A DNA stretch of 64,000 bases from an uncultured Candidatus Cloacimonadota bacterium. GTDB taxonomy: Bacteria; Cloacimonadota; Cloacimonadia; Cloacimonadales; WRIO01. The position numbers and the translations under genes are program-made. The stretch's first letter is position 1. The number at the start of each line of letters is the position of its first letter. Where the stretch lies: the NCBI GenBank assembly GCA_964573665.1, contig CAZNKI010000010.1, positions 1,883-65,882 of the forward strand, given 5' to 3'. Under the pieces are notes generated by a model, which saw only the letters and a list, made by a program, of their open reading frames with translations, was not told the origin of the DNA and searched no databases. Positions 58,358 to 64,000 of this stretch are shown here, piece after piece.

Positions 58358-61300
58358 CTATTTCAATAATATCATTTTATGTGTTTTAACAAAATTGCTG
58401 CCTAAAAGTCGATAAAAATAAACACCAGATGAGCAATTATTGTTTTGTTGATCGCTTCCGTCCCATTCAAATTTATGATAACCAGCTGATTGATAGCCAT
58501 GTACGATTGATTTGACCTTTTTACCTTTGATATCAAATATACTTAATTCTACATCTTGTCCTTTATCTAGTTCAAAACTAATTGTGGTTCTCGGATTAAA
58601 TGGATTAGGATATGCAGCATAAGTGATAATATTAGGTTTTGACACTTCTTGATTAGGATCATTTCCTTGAACAACATTAGCTTTAAACTCAATATCATTT
58701 CCATATGCAATTCCATTTGAATTCTCAGCAAAAGCTCTGTAATAATAAGTATCGTTTGTTATCAGTCCACTGATTAGATAATTGAATTCTCCAACTTGTG
58801 GGTTGGATTGTAAAATGATGAGAGTATCACTAAGTGTTGGATATTTATTCCTACTTAAACAAAATCCATAACGAATTATTGCTTCATTTTCTAAATCTCT
58901 AAAACGGCCGATTAACTTAGTTGTACTGCTTGATATATAATCTGGGATATGACTGATGATTGATGGAAGGTTTTTATTTAATAAATGAGGATATGTTCCT
59001 CCTTCCATAGTCCAGTCATTATCAAAATCCCACCCTTTATCAATAAAATAACTTTGAGTGAGCATTTGGCTGTTCATTAATCCTGTTGCATATTCACCTG
59101 GAGCACCTCCTGTGGTATTTTGCAAGGAAGTGTTAATGTTCCAAAAATTATCATTCAAGTGAAAGCAGTCATAAGCAAAAGCAAAACTGCATACAAATCC
59201 TAAATTTGTTGAGTCAAATACTCGGCTATTTGAGTAACATTTTTCAATCACACTTTGATATTCAACTTGTCCAATAAAACCTGCATATCTATAGTATGAA
59301 TAATTCTGTCCAGCATTAACATTTCCTGTACAATAAGAATTAAATATTGTTCCAAAATTTGAACCAACAAATCCTCCTGTGATATCTTTTCCTGATACAT
59401 CACAAGTACTATAACAATTTTCTATGAATCCTTGGGTAAAATTGCTTGCAACGAAGCCCCCAAAATTGATTGTATAAGCATACTGATCTTGTCCAAACTC
59501 ATTATAGTTTGATACAGCATTTACATCCCCTGAAACATAACAATTCTTTATTAATCCATTGTTCTTTCCAATAAATCCAGCTACATAATTCATCCCTCTA
59601 ACCCATATATTCACAACACCTAAATCTTTTATGAGACTATTCTGAGTTACTCCAAACAATGCTACATTGTTTTGCATTGGAGTATTGATCGTTAAATTAT
59701 TAATTGTGTGATTGTTGCCGTTATATGATCCTGAAAAGGGTGTGTTTGAGTTTCCAATTGGAGTGAAACTGGTTTGCCCATTTGCATCTATATCAGCTGT
59801 TTGAAGAAAATGTTTATCCCAGAATTGAGAATGTTGTGTCAGATATTCTAGGTTTTCATAAGAATTAATGATATAAGGATCATTTACTGTTCCTGTTCCA
59901 ATAAATGGAGGGATTGGATGGGTTGTAAAACTAATTTGATCACTATAACTAGTAGCATTTGCTATTTGCAAAAAAGCTCTTACATAATATGTAGTATTAG
60001 GAGTTAGAGATGATATTGATATTGAATAATTATCGTTTTCGTATGGTTCACTCACTATTATTGAATTATTTACTGTGGGATACTGTGAGATTGAAAGGCA
60101 AAATCCGTATTCAAGAACACTTAATCCATTTGTTAATAAGTTTGCACTCAAAGTGACAGAATGATCGCTTATATTTTGTGGATTAAGAATTGTGACTATT
60201 GGCAAGTCTATTAATCTTAAGATCGGGAATCCATTATTAATCTGTGTATTAATAGACCAAACTCCATCAAAATTCCATCCTCGTTCTAAAAAATAATTTA
60301 CATCTTGCATTTGTAGAGTGTTTAACCCTGATAATGAGTAACTATCATAGTCGCCTGAATTACTTGTCGATTGACCAGAGGTTTCTGTATTCCATATGTT
60401 TCCGAAGAAATGAATGAAAGGTGGAGGTGATCCATAGTGGAAAACTCCTGTGAACCCTAAATTTGTTGGGTGAGGAGCTATTTGCCAGTACACAGAACCT
60501 GTAGCGTAACAATTTTTAGCACTACTTCCGATTTCTGCAGAAAAGTTACCAAAATTTGTTGAACCTCCACTCAATCTATACACATCTCCTGTGCTGTAAC
60601 AATTTTCAAGGTTATACGAAAATCCTGAAAATCCTCCGCAATAATCATTGCTATAAACGGTACAATTGGAATAGCATGATTGAATTGCATCTCCGATCCC
60701 GACAAATCCTCCAGTCATAGTATTTCCTCTAACAGTTCCCTGACTAAAAGAATTTTTGATAATCCCACAATTTTCACCAACAAAACCGCCACATAACGAA
60801 AACGAGTCATTTGATAAAACATTTACATTAGAATTAGAATTGCAAAAGTTTATTAGATAACCAAAATTTTGCCCGACAAAACCTCCAATATACTGATTAC
60901 CATATACAGTGCAATTTGATTGAGAATTCTTGATTGAATAACTTCCATTATATCCAATAAATCCACCAATCATACTTTCAGAAGCAAGGGATTTAATAAC
61001 TCCTGATACACTACAATTATCAATTATTGAATATTCGGAATAGCCTATTAAACCTCCAACATAATATACATTAGTTTTTAGAGTTATATTCAAAATATTG
61101 ATATTATATAAGTTAGCATTATATGCAGAGCTGATAAATCCGATACTACCATTATCAGAAGTAAATCTATTAAGATAGATATTCGATATAGAAAAATTAT
61201 TTCCATTGTATGTGCCACTGAATGTATTCTGTTCGTTTTGATCAATAAAATATCCTATTGGTATCCATCCTTTTGCAGAATCTGGTGTGTTTGGATCGTT

Positions 61301-61528
61301 ATCATGATCACTAACAAACCAATTCGCTGTTGGACTAGCATCAATATTAGCAGTTTGGACAAAATGTTTGTCCCATGAATTATTATTGATACTGATCCAA
61401 TATAAATTCTCTAAACTACCGATTTGATAAGGTGATTCAACCGTACCTGAACCTATAGGTGCTATAGCAGTTTGACAATAAACAATTAAAGGAATTAACA
61501 TAATAATAATAAAATAAATATTTCTCAT
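58358..61528 (-). CDS. Secreted GLUG-motif repeat protein with T9SS C-terminal sorting domain
   Basis: Signal peptide MRNIYFIIIMLIPLIVYC. Many GGF(V/I)G-type GLUG-like repeats. Two homologous halves. C-terminal AYPNPFNPRTTISF...HKMILLK sorting domain. Confidence 0.7.
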   Translation of the reverse strand: MRNIYFIIIMLIPLIVYCQTAIAPIGSGTVESPYQIGSLENLYWISINNNSWDKHFVQTANIDASPTANWFVSDHDNDPNTPDSAKGWIPIGYFIDQNEQNTFSGTYNGNNFSISNIYLNRFTSDNGSIGFISSAYNANLYNINILNITLKTNVYYVGGLIGYSEYSIIDNCSVSGVIKSLASESMIGGFIGYNGSYSIKNSQSNCTVYGNQYIGGFVGQNFGYLINFCNSNSNVNVLSNDSFSLCGGFVGENCGIIKNSFSQGTVRGNTMTGGFVGIGDAIQSCYSNCTVYSNDYCGGFSGFSYNLENCYSTGDVYRLSGGSTNFGNFSAEIGSSAKNCYATGSVYWQIAPHPTNLGFTGVFHYGSPPPFIHFFGNIWNTETSGQSTSNSGDYDSYSLSGLNTLQMQDVNYFLERGWNFDGVWSINTQINNGFPILRLIDLPIVTILNPQNISDHSVTLSANLLTNGLSVLEYGFCLSISQYPTVNNSIIVSEPYENDNYSISISSLTPNTTYYVRAFLQIANATSYSDQISFTTHPIPPFIGTGTVNDPYIINSYENLEYLTQHSQFWDKHFLQTADIDANGQTSFTPIGNSNTPFSGSYNGNNHTINNLTINTPMQNNVALFGVTQNSLIKDLGVVNIWVRGMNYVAGFIGKNNGLIKNCYVSGDVNAVSNYNEFGQDQYAYTINFGGFVASNFTQGFIENCYSTCDVSGKDITGGFVGSNFGTIFNSYCTGNVNAGQNYSYYRYAGFIGQVEYQSVIEKCYSNSRVFDSTNLGFVCSFAFAYDCFHLNDNFWNINTSLQNTTGGAPGEYATGLMNSQMLTQSYFIDKGWDFDNDWTMEGGTYPHLLNKNLPSIISHIPDYISSSTTKLIGRFRDLENEAIIRYGFCLSRNKYPTLSDTLIILQSNPQVGEFNYLISGLITNDTYYYRAFAENSNGIAYGNDIEFKANVVQGNDPNQEVSKPNIITYAAYPNPFNPRTTISFELDKGQDVELSIFDIKGKKVKSIVHGYQSAGYHKFEWDGSDQQNNNCSSGVYFYRLLGSNFVKTHKMILLK

Positions 61529-61683
61529 TTCTCCTCCATTAAACTAAATCAATATTGATCAATAATAGAACACTTGTCAATAAAAATTTTTACAGTTAAT
61601 AAAAAAATCTATTATTTAGTAAATTTTTTGTAGCCTTTTCGAATTTTTTATACTAATAGTAAAAAAGAAGAAGGGAGAACATC

Positions 61684-62202
61684 ATGATGGATGAAAAATC
61701 TGATCTTGCTGAAGAATTCAGCTCTTTACTCTGCAAGCATGCTTCTATTATCAAAAAGATGATATTCCTGTATGCTGATGATGAATCCGATCGTGCTGAT
61801 CTTGAACAGGAAATCTGCTTACAGTTATGGAAATCATATCCAAATTTTAAGTCTTTATCAAAATTTGAAACCTGGATGTATCGAGTCTCACTCAATACAG
61901 CACTAATACATGTTAAGAGAAAAAAATCATTTTTTAGATTGCAAAACAAAATCAAAGCGAATGCAAATATCTTTGATTATTGCGAAGCAGATGAATATGA
62001 AATTCCTTTAACAATAGTAAAGCAATGCATTGGACAATTAAAAAATATTGAAAAAGCTTTGTTAAACTTTTACTTCGAAAAGAAAACCTATGCTGAAATT
62101 GCCGAAATAATGGGGTTCAGCACAAAGAATATCAACGTAAGAATGTGTCGTATCAGAAAAAAACTTAAAAACTTAATTGAGTTAAAACTCAGGGAGGAAT
62201 AA
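61684..62202 (+). CDS. ECF-type RNA polymerase sigma-70 family factor
   Basis: 172 aa. Region 2 (DLEQEICLQLWKSYPNFKSLSKFETWMYRVSLNTAL) and region 4 HTH (YAEIAEIMGFSTKNINVRMCRIRKKL). RBS AAGGGAG. Confidence 0.85.
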   Translation: MMDEKSDLAEEFSSLLCKHASIIKKMIFLYADDESDRADLEQEICLQLWKSYPNFKSLSKFETWMYRVSLNTALIHVKRKKSFFRLQNKIKANANIFDYCEADEYEIPLTIVKQCIGQLKNIEKALLNFYFEKKTYAEIAEIMGFSTKNINVRMCRIRKKLKNLIELKLREE

Positions 62203-62861
62203 TGCTGTCTCATGAAATTGAATTGAAAAAAAAAATTAAACAAGTCATACAAAACACCACTCATTCAGAAATGTCATATTTCAAAAAAGATAACTATATT
62301 TATCTTATATTTTGTCTCATTGATCTAATTTTATTTGGACTGATGGCATTTACATTCAGAAATAACAATCTGATGCTTATCTTGTCAGTCAGTATTTTTT
62401 TTATTCTTTTGCTGTTTTCCGCTTATACACTTTGGCTTTTCCAAAAATTTAATAGGATTCATACTTTTGATGATACCACAGATAAAGTAATCGAAAAACA
62501 TATCAGCTTTTATAACAAAGAATATGCACTTTACTTGCTGATAAAACCACTGATTATTATTGCTGGCGCTTTTGCAATTACTGCGATGACCGATCAGATC
62601 AATGGGCATTACGTAATTTATAACCCACTGATATTTACGATGATTTATATTGTTGTTTACTTTATTATCTATATACTTAACCGCTACTTTAGCCTGTATT
62701 ACTCTGAAACTTATATCATTCATCTAAGAGGACTGAAAAGTGAATTGGAAGAAGATTACGATGATATTAAAAATCCTAATCAAATGAAAATTCTTATTCT
62801 CATCCTCATGCTCATTCTTTTATTAACAGTCGGCTTTACATTTCGTTTTCTCTTGACATAA
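62202..62861 (+). CDS. Multi-pass membrane protein translationally coupled to the ECF sigma (possible anti-sigma partner)
   Basis: The start overlaps the sigma stop by 1 nt (TAATG). Several TM helices. No recognisable anti-sigma zinc motif, so the function is inferred from position only. Confidence 0.35.
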   Translation: MLSHEIELKKKIKQVIQNTTHSEMSYFKKDNYIYLIFCLIDLILFGLMAFTFRNNNLMLILSVSIFFILLLFSAYTLWLFQKFNRIHTFDDTTDKVIEKHISFYNKEYALYLLIKPLIIIAGAFAITAMTDQINGHYVIYNPLIFTMIYIVVYFIIYILNRYFSLYYSETYIIHLRGLKSELEEDYDDIKNPNQMKILILILMLILLLTVGFTFRFLLT

Positions 62862-62902
62862 ACTGCATATCCTGTAATGTAAAGAAAATTTAAGGAGGAA
62901 TC

Positions 62903-63223
62903 ATGATTATTACAACAACAAACACGGTTGAAGGAAAAGAAATTAGAGAATACAAAGGCTTGGTTTTCGGTGAAGTGATTGCCGGAGTAAATATTGTAAA
63001 AGACCTTTTTGCTGGCATCACAGATATCTTTGGTGGAAGATCAGGAACTTATGAAAATGAACTCATTCATGCCAGAGAAGAAGCGCTTTCAGAGATGAAA
63101 CAACGCGCTTACTCAATGGGAGCAAATGCAATTGTTGGCGTAGATGTAGATTATGAAGTCTTAGGACAAAATGGCAGTATGTTGATGGTTTCTGTATCCG
63201 GAACCGCAGTTGTCGCTGAATAA
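62903..63223 (+). CDS. ybjQ: YbjQ/UPF0145 family protein
   Basis: 106 aa. [24 protein letters not shown]... and the [13 protein letters not shown] pattern are characteristic of the family. RBS AAGGAGG. Confidence 0.85.
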   Translation: MIITTTNTVEGKEIREYKGLVFGEVIAGVNIVKDLFAGITDIFGGRSGTYENELIHAREEALSEMKQRAYSMGANAIVGVDVDYEVLGQNGSMLMVSVSGTAVVAE

Positions 63224-63242
63224 AAAATTCTTACAATAAATT

Positions 63243-63285
63243 GAGAAATATGATCTGTTGATTCAGATGATATTTCTCTTTTCTT
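63243..63285 (+). terminator. Rho-independent terminator downstream of ybjQ
   Basis: GAGAAATATGATCTG (63243-63257) pairs with CAGATGATATTTCTC (63264-63278) with one mismatch, followed by TTTTCTT. Confidence 0.65.
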
Positions 63286-63440
63286 ATATAGTTATGATAT
63301 AAAAGCATATCATATTTTAAGTTTATATCATATCAAAATGTCCTTGTCTTACTATTTTTGAGTAATATTCAATTTTAAAAATTATGGCATTTACATTGCA
63401 TATTCTATTAATATCTAAGTTTAAGTAAAAGGGGAGAAAA

Positions 63441-64000
63441 ATGAGGAAATCCTTAATAATTATGCTTTTCTTGGTTCTGTGTTTCATTACCTTGAATGCA
63501 GAGATCAAGTATAGTTTGGTAAAAGTGTATTGCCCAAGTGATTTAGAATTAAAACAATTATTAAAAGACGGTTTTGATGTTCTAACTCAAAAGGGGATCA
63601 AAAACAATCAGGTTGAAGTGGTAGCCCATCAGGATGATTTAAAAAAATTAACAGATCGGGCTTATTCTTATGAAATAGTTTATGAAGATTTTTCTGCATT
63701 TCAGAGATCTCGTTTAACCCAACCAAGAACTCCAACGATTCAGATCGGTCAAGGTTCTTTAGGCGGATATTTTACTTATCCCGAAATGATGTCTTTTGTA
63801 GATTCCTTACACAACGCTTATCCAAGTATCATGTCTAATCTTCAAGTTATTGGTCAAACAGTTGAAGGGCTGGATATCAAAGCTTACAAATTATCTGATA
63901 ATCCTAATTCTGAAGAGAATGAACCAAGAACTTTGATTACTGGATTGCATCATGCACGTGAACCGATGTCGATTGTTGCTCCTTTGTACTATACTCAGTG
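63441..64000 (+). CDS. Peptidase M14 (zinc carboxypeptidase) family protein, 3'-truncated by window edge
   Basis: Not in the ORF track because no stop falls inside the window. ATG 63441 follows GGGGAG. Signal peptide MRKSLIIMLFLVLCFITLNA. The frame is open to nt 64000. ITGLHHAREP contains the M14 HxxE zinc motif. Confidence 0.7.
   Translation, partial: MRKSLIIMLFLVLCFITLNAEIKYSLVKVYCPSDLELKQLLKDGFDVLTQKGIKNNQVEVVAHQDDLKKLTDRAYSYEIVYEDFSAFQRSRLTQPRTPTIQIGQGSLGGYFTYPEMMSFVDSLHNAYPSIMSNLQVIGQTVEGLDIKAYKLSDNPNSEENEPRTLITGLHHAREPMSIVAPLYYTQ

Noticed and set aside
61653-61955. Minus-strand ORF 61653..61955 overlapping the ECF sigma gene
   Set aside because: It is antisense to a gene with clear sigma-70 region 2 and 4 motifs and a strong RBS. 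It has no supporting signal of its own.
63323-63508. Minus-strand ORF 63323..63508
   Set aside because: It overlaps the start, RBS and signal peptide of the better-supported plus-strand M14 carboxypeptidase gene. Its peptide is AT-rich and low-complexity.

Overview
AT-rich bacterial chromosomal window. The standard genetic code fits, and I saw no rRNA, tRNA, transposase or integrase by eye. Two large proteins end in a YPNPFNP-type T9SS/FlgD-like C-terminal sorting domain. This hints at an FCB-group-like (possibly Cloacimonadota-like) host, but the sequence alone cannot establish taxonomy.

Layout:
- 0-18.2 kb, minus strand: hybrid histidine kinase, PAP2 phosphatase, Na/Pi symporter, lysS, then a tightly packed string mlaD - large lipoprotein - mlaE(STAS fusion) - mlaF - glsA - giant C25 (gingipain-like) protease.
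- 18.2-19.1 kb: long non-coding gap with 11-bp-phased short repeats.
- 19.1-31.5 kb: complete type I-B CRISPR-Cas locus. It has 62 full repeats plus 1 degenerate repeat, 62 spacers, a leader, and cas2-cas1-cas4-cas3-cas5-cas7-cas8b-cas6, all transcribed on the minus strand.
- 31.5-32.0 kb: an odd 3 x 28-bp mini-array with an exact 50-bp period, plus a GC-rich nested inverted repeat upstream of cas6.
- 32-39.2 kb: DEAD-box helicase with a repeat-containing tail, a REC-REC-PPDK_N protein, and an AAA+ ATPase with a PD-(D/E)xK-like motif.
- 39.5-50.1 kb, plus strand: rsmG-parA-parB-bactofilin, running directly into an F-type ATP synthase operon (atpZ-like, atpI, atpB, a fused three-hairpin c subunit, atpE, atpF, atpH, atpA, atpG, atpD, atpC).
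- 50.2-64 kb: acyltransferase, PpiD-like chaperone, tandem transglutaminase-like paralogues, LysE-type exporter, GLUG-repeat T9SS cargo, ECF sigma with a membrane partner, YbjQ, and a 3'-truncated M14 carboxypeptidase.

Most interesting observations:
1. A triplicated c subunit lies in an otherwise canonical F-type operon. Its middle hairpin has lost the ion-binding Glu (Gln instead). It sits next to a single-hairpin c subunit with a Na+-type two-carboxylate motif.
2. The non-canonical mini-array and structured element sit between deaD and cas6, with a solitary copy of the same unit 31 kb away.
3. About 60-bp inverted repeats (47/52 identical by manual alignment) bracket the whole 20.6-kb CRISPR-Cas/helicase/ATPase segment.
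4. Two spacers have each been acquired twice with 1-nt length differences, and one of them is about 80% G+C in this AT-rich genome.

All domain calls come from motif recognition by eye. No database search was possible.
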